Positions 1 through 7,294 of a stretch of DNA of 64,000 nt are shown one piece after another. This stretch comes from a virus: the IMG/VR virus record IMGVR_UViG_2617271008_000003, positions 1-64,000 of that record; one strand, given 5' to 3'. The notes under the pieces are model-generated. The model saw only the letters and a list, made by a program, of their open reading frames with translations, had not been told where the DNA came from and made no database searches. The translations under genes were made by a program, and so were the position numbers. Numbering within the stretch: position 1 is the stretch's first letter; each line of letters opens with the position of its first letter.

Positions 1-1269
1 ATGAAATTCGACGCCAGAATCGCGAAGCAACTGAAGCCCGGCAGCCATCTGACATTCGCAAGCTTCCCCGGCCTGCGGCTGGAGGTTACCACTAGCCGGC
101 GTAGCTGGATATATCGCTACAAGTCACCTGTTGACAAGTGCATGCGTCAGCAAAAGCTCGGGCAGTGGCCAGAGATGTCGTACGCGTCGGCCATCTCGGC
201 ATGGGAGGAAATTCGAGGCCAGCGCGAGGCGGGCATAGACCCAGTTTTGGCCAAGAAACGTCCCAAGGATGCCGGGAAAGGCTACACGGTAATGCAGCTT
301 TGCGAAGATTTTTTGTCAGGATACATCGATGTCCATCGACAAGCAGATGGTGCGCGCTTGGTACGGCAGAGAATGCTGAAGAAGATCAAACCGATTGAGA
401 AGTTGCAAGCTGCGGAGATTACTCGCATGCAAGCTTTTGATCTACTTAATTCCGAGCGGCATGCTCCACGCAACGCTGCCGTTCTTCGATCCGAACTGGG
501 TGCAGCATGGGACTATGCTCTCGACGCAGCGAGAATTCCGCCAGAGACGCCTAATTGGTGGCGCCTCATCATGGCTCGTCAACTGCGCAGCAAAGGCCGA
601 ATTGTCGCTGGTACGCGCGTGACGGAGAAACGCATACTTACCGACAAGGAACTATCGATCCTCATCCCTTGGCTCAAAAACTTCTCGCCAACGATCGCCG
701 ACGTGCTGACCATGTACCTATGGACAGCATTGCGAGGCGGCGAAATCGTGGCGATTCAGGGCAAGTACATAGCCCAGGAAGACGATGGAACTTGGCTCAT
801 CATTCCGAAAGTGACAACCAAGAATAAGAATCGCTCATCGGCCCACGATCATCGAGTACCGCTAGTCGGCCGAGCACTTGAAATTATTGCGCGCAGGAAA
901 GAGGAATATGGTGATGGGTATCTGTTCCCAACTGACATCCATAAACATATCCCTCAAAAGAGCGTGCAAGCCATCGTTTGGAATCATCAGCCATATGCCC
1001 TAGATGAAGGGCAAACATTACGCCCGGTATTGCCTGTTTCTCATTGGTCGGCCCATGACCTTCGCAGGACGTCGCGAACTATTCTTGCATCTTTGGGGTG
1101 CCCGCATGAAGTCGGAGAGGTCATTCTTGGTCATGTAATACCGGGCGTGGCAGGGGTTTATAACAAATACAGATACGACAAGGAACGTAGGGAGTGGCTT
1201 ACGAAACTCTCTGACTATCTTGAAGGTCTTGCGCCAAAGATCGTCCAGGAGGAAGCAAATCGGAAATAG
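1..1269 (+). CDS. int: Phage integrase, tyrosine recombinase (P4-like)
   Basis: 422 aa ORF. C-terminal R..HDLRRT..LGH..Y catalytic signature typical of P4-family integrases. Sits at the prophage left end. Confidence 0.9.
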   Translation: MKFDARIAKQLKPGSHLTFASFPGLRLEVTTSRRSWIYRYKSPVDKCMRQQKLGQWPEMSYASAISAWEEIRGQREAGIDPVLAKKRPKDAGKGYTVMQLCEDFLSGYIDVHRQADGARLVRQRMLKKIKPIEKLQAAEITRMQAFDLLNSERHAPRNAAVLRSELGAAWDYALDAARIPPETPNWWRLIMARQLRSKGRIVAGTRVTEKRILTDKELSILIPWLKNFSPTIADVLTMYLWTALRGGEIVAIQGKYIAQEDDGTWLIIPKVTTKNKNRSSAHDHRVPLVGRALEIIARRKEEYGDGYLFPTDIHKHIPQKSVQAIVWNHQPYALDEGQTLRPVLPVSHWSAHDLRRTSRTILASLGCPHEVGEVILGHVIPGVAGVYNKYRYDKERREWLTKLSDYLEGLAPKIVQEEANRK

Positions 1270-1438
1270 GTCTTTCTTCGGCCCATGATTCGACTTCCCT
1301 GAATAGCCACCCTACTCTTTTTTGAGAAATACGGCGTGGCTTAGGGAATTCGTTTTTCCTGCACATTTCGTAAATTCTCGCTTCGGAAAGGGAAGTCGTC
1401 TCTGCTACTTGGTGGATATCCAAAAATATCGGTTTCAT
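1199..1438 (-). CDS. alpA: AlpA-family phage transcriptional regulator / excisionase-like HTH protein
   Basis: 79 aa. MKPIFLDIHQVAETTSLSEARIYEMCRKNEFPKP..VGW motif matches the AlpA / prophage CP4-57 regulator family. Convergent with int and overlaps its 3' end. Confidence 0.7.
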   Translation of the reverse strand: MKPIFLDIHQVAETTSLSEARIYEMCRKNEFPKPRRISQKRVGWLFREVESWAEERPISDLLPPGRSLAQDLQDSQRVS

Positions 1439-1516
1439 TTGAACGCCTTGTTAGGAGTTCCCCCGAAAACCAAAGCCCACGCGTTATCGCGATAATTCTA
1501 AGAAATGCTTCGTGCA

Positions 1517-1696
1517 TCAAGATGGATCGTGCTGATCGTGATATTTCTGTGCTCGGGCAAGGCGATCTGCTTCAATCACCTTGCGGGCAGCATCAACCTC
1601 TGATCCCCACTGCTTTTCAACTTCAATCGCTCCGGTTAGCTCGCAGTGCGGGCAATTTCCTAGCCATGGAATTCCATGGGGGCAGTTACCGTTCAT
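1517..1696 (-). CDS. Small zinc-ribbon protein (59 aa, CPHG..CPHC)
   Basis: Not in the ORF track because it is under 60 aa. Strong SD AGGGAGA 5 nt before the ATG. Two CxxC pairs. Confidence 0.35.
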   Translation of the reverse strand: MNGNCPHGIPWLGNCPHCELTGAIEVEKQWGSEVDAARKVIEADRLARAQKYHDQHDPS

Positions 1697-1704
1697 GATT
1701 CTCC

Positions 1705-1929
1705 CTATCCGGTAAGTTCATCGTATTCCTGCTGCTGCGCCTGTTTTGCAATCTCAAAACATGCAGCGCAACAGGTCTTCTTGACTTCAAAGCGGCGAGC
1801 CCATAAATAGCCGGTGAAGCATTCACGCTCTTTAACATCGTCTTTGAGTGTTTGGCATTCTGCGCAGAGATCAAGGATGCGGACTTCCATCTTTCGGCTT
1901 CGCCACGCATCCAGTTGCTTGTTGTTCAT
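1705..1929 (-). CDS. Hypothetical Cys-rich small protein
   Basis: 74 aa ORF with CAEC..CCAAC motifs. Same strand and operon as the DGR. Confidence 0.35.
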   Translation of the reverse strand: MNNKQLDAWRSRKMEVRILDLCAECQTLKDDVKERECFTGYLWARRFEVKKTCCAACFEIAKQAQQQEYDELTG

Positions 1930-2345
1930 GGCATCACTTCCCCATCCCTTTCGTTAGGAAGACTTGGAACAAAGGGCTTGACGTTTTCCCATGAACTGCC
2001 TTTTTGCCCCGGTTCATTACTGTTGGTGCATGCGTTCCGATGGTCAGTTGCATGAGGGCAGCGCTTGTTGCCACATTTGGCGCAAAGGATCATGCGGGCG
2101 TTCATGAAGTCCTGCGGCATGCAGCACTCACACGTACAGCCGATTTTTCCTGATCCCGCGTAGATCCCCGTCCGCATATTCGGGTCGCCGAGGTGTTCGC
2201 GCTCAGCCTCGACATATCCAGCATTGCGCCAAAGTCGCTCGATCATGACGACAAGCCCGTGTCGATCGGCCGGCGTCAGTTCGGTGTTGCAGTCGTTCAG
2301 GCGAGCGATGAGATCTCGCTCATGAGCTGTAGTATGACTCATCAT
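1926..2345 (-). CDS. Hypothetical Cys-rich protein
   Basis: 139 aa ORF with a CTCECC..CAKCGNKRCPH metal-binding-like cluster. Immediately downstream of the RT on the minus strand. Confidence 0.4.
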   Translation of the reverse strand: MMSHTTAHERDLIARLNDCNTELTPADRHGLVVMIERLWRNAGYVEAEREHLGDPNMRTGIYAGSGKIGCTCECCMPQDFMNARMILCAKCGNKRCPHATDHRNACTNSNEPGQKGSSWENVKPFVPSLPNERDGEVMP

Positions 2346-2352
2346 ATGTTTC

Positions 2353-3642
2353 TCAAATGTTTGTCTGACCTCGGTAAGTCTTAGTGAGATCGAAATTTAC
2401 AGATCGCCCGCGCGAAAGAGCGAGATTGGCGAGGCGTGCGCGATTTTGATGGCTGGCGGTGGCTTGGCGCAGCAATCCAAAATATGAATTACTCACAGCG
2501 AGAAAGTTGTCGAGTGATGTGGCCGCTGCTCGCCGGAGCGCTTCGTTACGCGTGCGCTTCCGTGTTTCTCGGCGCCAGGGTTTGATCACCTGGCCGACGA
2601 AATCGATGCCGCGGTCAATCGGTTGAAGAATGGTCTTGCGCGAGTTGATCTGCACTCCGAGGCGCGACGGCAGAAACGCAGTCACATTGGCGAGGATCTC
2701 GTTCAACCGCGCCGGCGACTCATGCAGGAACACGAAATCATCGACGTAGCGGATGTAGTGGCGCGCGCCGAGCACATGTTTGGCATGCTGGTCGAGCACG
2801 TCAAGATAGACGTTCGCGAAGAACTGGCTCGATAGGTTGCCGATCGGTAAGCCGAGGTGGTCAGCCTGCCGAAGTAGTCGTTTATGGGGCGGCACTAGCT
2901 TCAGCATCCATGGATCGCCATGGAATTCGAAGTCGCCCCGTGGATCGTGCATCAGCACGCGCGCGGTCAGATCGCGCCAGAACGGCTCGGAGATCTTCGT
3001 GAGCAACAGATCGAGCAAGATTGGCTTGTCGATACTGACGAAGAAGTTCGCGAGGTCGCACTTCAAGTAGAACGCCGGCCGCGACCAGTTCTGCGTGATC
3101 GAGCGAACCTTTGATTCGAGGCGGCGGGCGGCATAGAGGGTGCCGCGCCCCTTGATACATGCGCAGGAATCGGCGATGAATGCGCGCTCGAAGTGTGGCC
3201 CTATTCGGTTGTACAGCAGGTGGTGCACGATGCGGTCGCGAAACGCAGCAGCCCATACCTCGCGCGGTTTCGGTCGCGTAATTACGAAGCACTTCGATCG
3301 GCCGGGGGCATAGGTGCCGCTGACCAGCTCGTCGTACAGGCGGCGCAAGTTGCGTTCGAGTCGGATCTCGAACGACAGCGCCGCATTGGAATTTCTCTTT
3401 GTTCGCCGGCAGTCCAGATATGCCTCGACCAGCTCGGCGAACGAAATCGACCCTCGATCTGCGGACGGCTCGGGCTCGGAACTCGTTGTCCTGTCGGTCG
3501 TCGTCCTGGTAACCGTTGTTGAAGTTCTGATACCACGCCCAGCCGGATGTATCGTGCTATCTACGTCGCCTGCCCGATTATTCGGGCAGGAAACTGCGCT
3601 GGACCTATCCGCCAACTGGCGGCCGGTATCCTCATTGCGCAT
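2353..3642 (-). CDS. Diversity-generating retroelement reverse transcriptase
   Basis: RT motifs LPIGNLSSQFFANVYL (the DGR-specific ...SQ variant) and YVDDFVF (YxDD box). N-terminal region aligns to Brt-like DGR RTs (LVEAYLDCRRTKR..YAPGRSKCFVITRPKPREV..FRDRIVHH). True start uncertain: the maximal ORF runs to 3795 through the template repeat, and there is no ATG, GTG or TTG in frame near the conserved N-terminus. Confidence 0.85.
   Translation of the reverse strand: MRNEDTGRQLADRSSAVSCPNNRAGDVDSTIHPAGRGIRTSTTVTRTTTDRTTSSEPEPSADRGSISFAELVEAYLDCRRTKRNSNAALSFEIRLERNLRRLYDELVSGTYAPGRSKCFVITRPKPREVWAAAFRDRIVHHLLYNRIGPHFERAFIADSCACIKGRGTLYAARRLESKVRSITQNWSRPAFYLKCDLANFFVSIDKPILLDLLLTKISEPFWRDLTARVLMHDPRGDFEFHGDPWMLKLVPPHKRLLRQADHLGLPIGNLSSQFFANVYLDVLDQHAKHVLGARHYIRYVDDFVFLHESPARLNEILANVTAFLPSRLGVQINSRKTILQPIDRGIDFVGQVIKPWRRETRKRTRNEALRRAAATSLDNFLAVSNSYFGLLRQATASHQNRARLANLALSRGRSVNFDLTKTYRGQTNI
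3459..3547 (-). repeat. DGR template repeat (TR)
   Basis: ~89 bp copy of the VR sequences. On the plus strand it carries T at every position where the two VR copies vary, which is A on the coding minus strand. It codes AWYQNFNNGYQDDDRQDN, rich in AAC codons. Confidence 0.85.
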
Positions 3643-3688
3643 GGCGGTGGCCTCGTGAGCCAGCGGCACGACCAGATTGATATTTCGC

Positions 3689-4066
3689 TCAGTCATGGCG
3701 GCCTTGACCTTCATGAAGCGGGCGACGTTCTGTGGACTTCTTCCATCCATTGGCCTGTTTCCCGATACTCGTCGTCTGCTCGATCGCGCCAGCATAGGCC
3801 GCGCGCGCGATAAGACGCTTGTCCATGCCGAGGCGAAGCAACAGTTCTATCACTTGGAGGCGCTCAAGCAATTCGGCGAGATGCGGCGACTTGTCGGCCG
3901 CGACGTTCGCGCGGAACACCAGCACCATGATATCGATGCATTCGATCGTGATCTTCTCGCCGATGGTGCGCTTGAAGTCGCGAGGCATGTTCTTGACCAC
4001 GTCGGTGACAGTATCGAGCAGCGCATATGCCGCTCGATATATCGGCAGTTGGGTATGGATGGCCAC
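3689..4066 (-). CDS. avd: DGR accessory variability determinant (Avd-like four-helix-bundle protein)
   Basis: 125 aa basic helical protein lying between the target genes and the TR. Resembles the four-helix-bundle (TIGR02436/bAvd) family. Confidence 0.65.
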   Translation of the reverse strand: MAIHTQLPIYRAAYALLDTVTDVVKNMPRDFKRTIGEKITIECIDIMVLVFRANVAADKSPHLAELLERLQVIELLLRLGMDKRLIARAAYAGAIEQTTSIGKQANGWKKSTERRPLHEGQGRHD

Positions 4067-4080
4067 GGTGGATTAAATAA

Positions 4081-4545
4081 TCAAATTACTGAAGGGAGAA
4101 ACCTGCGGACGGCTCGGGCTCGGAACTCGTCGCCCTGCCGGCCGCCGTCCTGGTAACCGTAGTCGAAGTTCTGACACCACGCCCAGCCGGAATTTGACTC
4201 ATATACTTCGGCCGACCAGTACCATGCCGATTCGAACTCGTCGCGTAGGTTCGTGAACAGGAGCGATTGCTCGCGACGTGTAGGCAACTCACCACCTCGC
4301 TCGGCCGCCCATTTCTTGGCCGATTCCCAGTTGACCTCGTCGGCACCGCCCGGCAGCAGGATGACGTAGTGCGCGACCAATCCATCGTTGTTGAGGATTG
4401 CGCCGGCAACGCGTTCGCCAGCAGCGAGTGGAATTGTGACTGCGGGAATGCGCAGTTCGGTGGCAGTGGGCTGCTTCTTGAATTGTTCGATGAGCGCGCT
4501 GATACGAGCGTGTTCGGCCTCGATGGAGGCAAGCGTGATGGTCAT
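4081..4545 (-). CDS. DGR target protein B, DUF1566 / C-type-lectin (FGE-like) fold, VR at C-terminus
   Basis: 154 aa. C-terminal GGELPTRREQ..YWSAEV..SGWAWCQNFDYGYQDGGRQGDEFRARAVRRF matches the DUF1566 end (WRLPT..YWSST..AW..VRCVR). The variable repeat covers the last ~30 codons. Confidence 0.8.
   Translation of the reverse strand: MTITLASIEAEHARISALIEQFKKQPTATELRIPAVTIPLAAGERVAGAILNNDGLVAHYVILLPGGADEVNWESAKKWAAERGGELPTRREQSLLFTNLRDEFESAWYWSAEVYESNSGWAWCQNFDYGYQDGGRQGDEFRARAVRRFLPSVI
4103..4192 (-). repeat. DGR variable repeat VR-B
   Basis: Differs from the TR at 8 positions, all at TR adenines on the coding strand (A to G, T or C). Confidence 0.85.
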
Positions 4546-4575
4546 TGCGATGCTCCGTTGTGAATGGATGAAGGG

Positions 4576-4938
4576 TTAAATCGACAATCTGCGGACGGCT
4601 CGGGCTCGGAACTCGTTGTCCTGTCGGTCGTCGTCCTGGTAACCGCCGTCGAAGTACTGACACCACGCCCAGCCGGAATAGCCAGGATCGGTATCCGGTG
4701 TGTTCGACCAGTACGCTTCAGCCTGAAACTGGTCGCGGTTCTGCTCGTAGGCGATCACGAGCTCGGCGCGGGTCGGAAGGTCGCCGCCGATGCTCTTTGC
4801 CCAGTCGAGCTGTGCCTGCCACGAAGCATCGTCGTTGTCGCCGGGCAGGAGAATCGTGTGCGTCACGTCGCCAGCGGCGTTGACGAAGCCGCAGAGGTAG
4901 ATCTCACCTTCGGCGAGCGGGGGAATCTGGATTTGCAT
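4576..4938 (-). CDS. DGR target protein A, DUF1566 / C-type-lectin fold, VR at C-terminus
   Basis: 120 aa. GGDLPTRAELVIAY..YWSNTPDTDPGYSGWAWCQYFDGGYQDDDRQDNEFRARAVRRLSI. SD AGGAGA before the ATG. Confidence 0.8.
   Translation of the reverse strand: MQIQIPPLAEGEIYLCGFVNAAGDVTHTILLPGDNDDASWQAQLDWAKSIGGDLPTRAELVIAYEQNRDQFQAEAYWSNTPDTDPGYSGWAWCQYFDGGYQDDDRQDNEFRARAVRRLSI
4589..4678 (-). repeat. DGR variable repeat VR-A
   Basis: Differs from the TR at 5 positions, all at TR adenines. The 3' 45 nt on the coding strand (IMH-like, GC-rich) are identical to the TR. Confidence 0.85.
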
Positions 4939-5023
4939 GTTTCATCTCCTAGTAAAATGCTGCGTCAATGAAGTCACTGGTATGAATTCAATTTATGGAA
5001 CGTTTCAGCTTAGATTTGCTTAC

Positions 5024-5233
5024 TCACTTGCCGTCCTCCTCGGCCCGCGCGAAGTCCGCTATCTTTCGGGCAAGTTCTTCGTCGTCCATGCCGAGCGCGC
5101 GCGCGATTGCCAAGCGCGCTTGACTTGCCTGTGAGCGCGATATCGTGGGCAACCGCATGCCATGTGCTTCGCTGTAGTCCGTGACGTGCGCCCGGATGTA
5201 GTCGCAGGCTTCGGTGTATGGGTATCTGCTCAC
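5024..5233 (-). CDS. Hypothetical small phage protein
   Basis: GTG start overlaps the upstream stop (GTGA) inside the repeated GGAGGACGGCAAGTGA coupling motif. Ends ..EEDGK. Confidence 0.45.
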   Translation of the reverse strand: MSRYPYTEACDYIRAHVTDYSEAHGMRLPTISRSQASQARLAIARALGMDDEELARKIADFARAEEDGK

Positions 5234-5475
5234 TTGCCGTCCTCCTTCCTCTTGCGCTTGTCCAGCCACTTTTGAGCCTCGTCGCGCATGGTCGAGTGAG
5301 CTTCATACGAGATCCGGAACATGAGGTGCATGTCGCGGGTTTGTTCCTCGGGCTGGATGCATTCCTCGCGGAGCTTGCCGTTTTCGTCGCGCACGATGAC
5401 CCAGAGAGGGCGGTTTGACCAGCCAGGGCCACTGGCGAATTCGGCGTATGCTGTCACTACTTGTTCTTTTCTCAC
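5230..5475 (-). CDS. Hypothetical small phage protein
   Basis: Same GGAGGACGGCAAGTGA coupling motif at both start and end. Ends ..KEDGK. Confidence 0.45.
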   Translation of the reverse strand: MRKEQVVTAYAEFASGPGWSNRPLWVIVRDENGKLREECIQPEEQTRDMHLMFRISYEAHSTMRDEAQKWLDKRKRKEDGK

Positions 5476-5876
5476 TTGCCGTCCTCCGTGGTGATGCGCG
5501 CCAGCGGTTCCCACAAGCTCATGAGGTGAGCCAGTCGGGGCATCAAGTATTCGATGACTGCCGGCTCGTCAGCGCGGCAAACGTCGATGATCGAGCAGGA
5601 ATGGAAGCCCTTTCGCTGGACCATGAAGAACATCTTCAGCTTGCCATTTCGGTAATACGGGTCACCAGTGAAAGTGGGGCGATTGTCATCATCCATTTCG
5701 TCCCAGTCCCAGCGAAACAGCATGTTGTAGTCCATGTCTGCATCGCCCATTTCGGCAAAGAAGTCAGCCCATGACTTGAATTCCCAGATTGTCTTGTGCT
5801 GTTCCTGGCTATGCGTGTAGCCGCCCTCGGTGCAGTAGTACGGGTGCTTGATTTCCCACAGGTGCTTGTCGTTCAA
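5472..5876 (-). CDS. Hypothetical phage protein
   Basis: TTG start after SD GGAGGTGGAGC, overlapping the upstream stop (TTGA). The long 5472-6419 ORF upstream of this start is a shadow of the 5873-6217 gene. Confidence 0.5.
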   Translation of the reverse strand: MNDKHLWEIKHPYYCTEGGYTHSQEQHKTIWEFKSWADFFAEMGDADMDYNMLFRWDWDEMDDDNRPTFTGDPYYRNGKLKMFFMVQRKGFHSCSIIDVCRADEPAVIEYLMPRLAHLMSLWEPLARITTEDGK

Positions 5877-6217
5877 GCTCCACCTCCAGCTTCGGTGATG
5901 CGCGCCCCGATCTCGGCGGCAGCGCGGGTGATGGCGCGGCGAGTGGCGGCGTTCGCGTCCCCGTGCGGCTCCTCGATCGTCGCCCAGCCGTTCATCTCGT
6001 AGAACTGAGCGCTCGAAGAATGGCTGCTCGCATGCACCATCAGACGCAGATGCACCGCCAGCCGCAGCGCGTCGCCGTCGTCGTTGAGGGGGTTCCACTC
6101 GCGCCATACCCCATCGGCGCGCTCGATGTGCCAATGGTTCGGCGTGCCGCGCTGATAATCCGTCCATTCCGCGCCGGCAGCCTTCGCCGCTAGTCGCAAT
6201 AGTTCTTGATCGTTCAA
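5873..6217 (-). CDS. Conserved phage protein (three paralogs in this window)
   Basis: 114 aa MNDQELLRLAAKAAGAEWTDYQRGTPNHWHIERADGVWREWNPLNDDGDALRLAV... The first 55 aa are identical to 30916-31278, and it is related to 11766-12140. TTG start with SD GGAGGTGGATC. Confidence 0.6.
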   Translation of the reverse strand: MNDQELLRLAAKAAGAEWTDYQRGTPNHWHIERADGVWREWNPLNDDGDALRLAVHLRLMVHASSHSSSAQFYEMNGWATIEEPHGDANAATRRAITRAAAEIGARITEAGGGA

Positions 6218-6498
6218 GATCCACCTCCATCGCGAGCGGCGTCCAGAGCGGATTTGCCGAGTTCGGTGTTGAAGTAGCAGACGACATCGCCCGGGCCGTT
6301 GAACTCATGGCACACGCAGATGCCTCCGCAAGGCGCCAGCGTCTCGCGCTTGTCGAGCAAGCCGCATTCGACGGCGAAGCGCTCGATCTCGGATCCGTCA
6401 ACATCACCCGGGTAGCCATCGTTGCGGTGGGCGGCGAAGACGAGGCCGGCGAATCGAGCGAGCGCGGCGACCTGAGCGTCCGTGTAGGGATGGCTCAC
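6214..6498 (-). CDS. Hypothetical phage protein
   Basis: GTG start overlaps the DUF551 stop (GTGA) after SD GGGAGAG. Confidence 0.45.
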   Translation of the reverse strand: MSHPYTDAQVAALARFAGLVFAAHRNDGYPGDVDGSEIERFAVECGLLDKRETLAPCGGICVCHEFNGPGDVVCYFNTELGKSALDAARDGGGS

Positions 6499-7067
6499 GA
6501 TTTCTCTCCCTTGCGTGCGGCGTCGATAGCCTCGTCGCACGGTAATGGTTTCCAATGCTTCGGTTCGTAGATCAGAGTGCTGACGCCGCTTCCATTCGGA
6601 TGGTTATAGACAGCGTCCTCCACATAAAAGTAGTGATTTACGCGCTGGATTCTCACTGCGGCTTTGGGCCAATGCCAGTGGTTGGTGCCTGGCACTTTGA
6701 GATATCCTCCTTTGACCAAATATTTCCCACTCGCTGGCGCCGTCTCGATCGGTTGCCATTCGCTTTCCGAGATAGCCGGCGCAGCCTTGACGAGCGCAGC
6801 GTAGAGTTCATCCGGCGTACCGTATATGCAGTTCTCGTTTGTCAGCACTGCGCGCATGGCATCGTTCAGCGGCGGCATGGTGATAGTCGGCGCAGGCGAG
6901 GCGGCGAGCAGTTCTCGCGCGCGTTCCTTCGCCAGTTGAAACACGGATTCCAAGGCGTCGGCATTGAATGCCGTGTCGTTGCGCAGTTGCATGATTAGGA
7001 ACGCAGGGTCGCAGCGCTCGATGAATTCGAGGTGCTCTCGGCGTTCGTCGCTCAGCTTGTCACTCAT
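6495..7067 (-). CDS. DUF551-domain phage protein
   Basis: WQPIETAP motif. SD AAGGGAGA before the ATG (MSDKLSDERREHLE). Paralog of 30104-30919. Confidence 0.6.
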   Translation of the reverse strand: MSDKLSDERREHLEFIERCDPAFLIMQLRNDTAFNADALESVFQLAKERARELLAASPAPTITMPPLNDAMRAVLTNENCIYGTPDELYAALVKAAPAISESEWQPIETAPASGKYLVKGGYLKVPGTNHWHWPKAAVRIQRVNHYFYVEDAVYNHPNGSGVSTLIYEPKHWKPLPCDEAIDAARKGEKS

Positions 7068-7090
7068 CGGGTGTCTCCCTTGGTCGGTGC

Positions 7091-7294
7091 TCACGTCAAC
7101 CTCAGATATTCGTTCGTGACGGAATCAAGCTCGTCCTGAGATTCACAGCGATCCGAGCCGCACTCGGCGATGGCATGATTCGCTGCGTCCGTAGCAGCGT
7201 CTCCGGGCCATCCGCGAAGCCGAGCCTCAAGATAGACTTGCCCCCACATGTCAGGTGCGCCGAGTGCCAGCGAGTCAACGATTGGCTTCTTCAC
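7091..7294 (-). CDS. Hypothetical small protein
   Basis: GTG start after SD GGAGG, overlapping the upstream stop (GTGA). Confidence 0.4.
   Translation of the reverse strand: MKKPIVDSLALGAPDMWGQVYLEARLRGWPGDAATDAANHAIAECGSDRCESQDELDSVTNEYLRLT

Noticed and set aside
2353-3795. Retron or group II intron reverse transcriptase
   Set aside because: No msr/msd-like inverted repeats and no intron domain V are seen nearby. The RT carries the DGR-specific QG..SQ variant, and the TR, VR and Avd context is complete.
3459-4678. Three ~90-bp near-identical repeats that could be mistaken for a CRISPR array or generic tandem repeat
   Set aside because: Only three copies. Spacing of 550-1040 bp. Each lies at the 3' end of, or next to, a gene. 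The variation is strictly at template adenines. This is DGR TR/VR architecture, not CRISPR.
5472-6419. 315 aa ORF on minus strand
   Set aside because: Its N-terminal two thirds are an out-of-frame shadow of the 5873-6217 gene, and the same Arg/Ala-rich peptide recurs as a shadow at 30852-31169. The real gene is the C-terminal 134 aa from the TTG at 5876.
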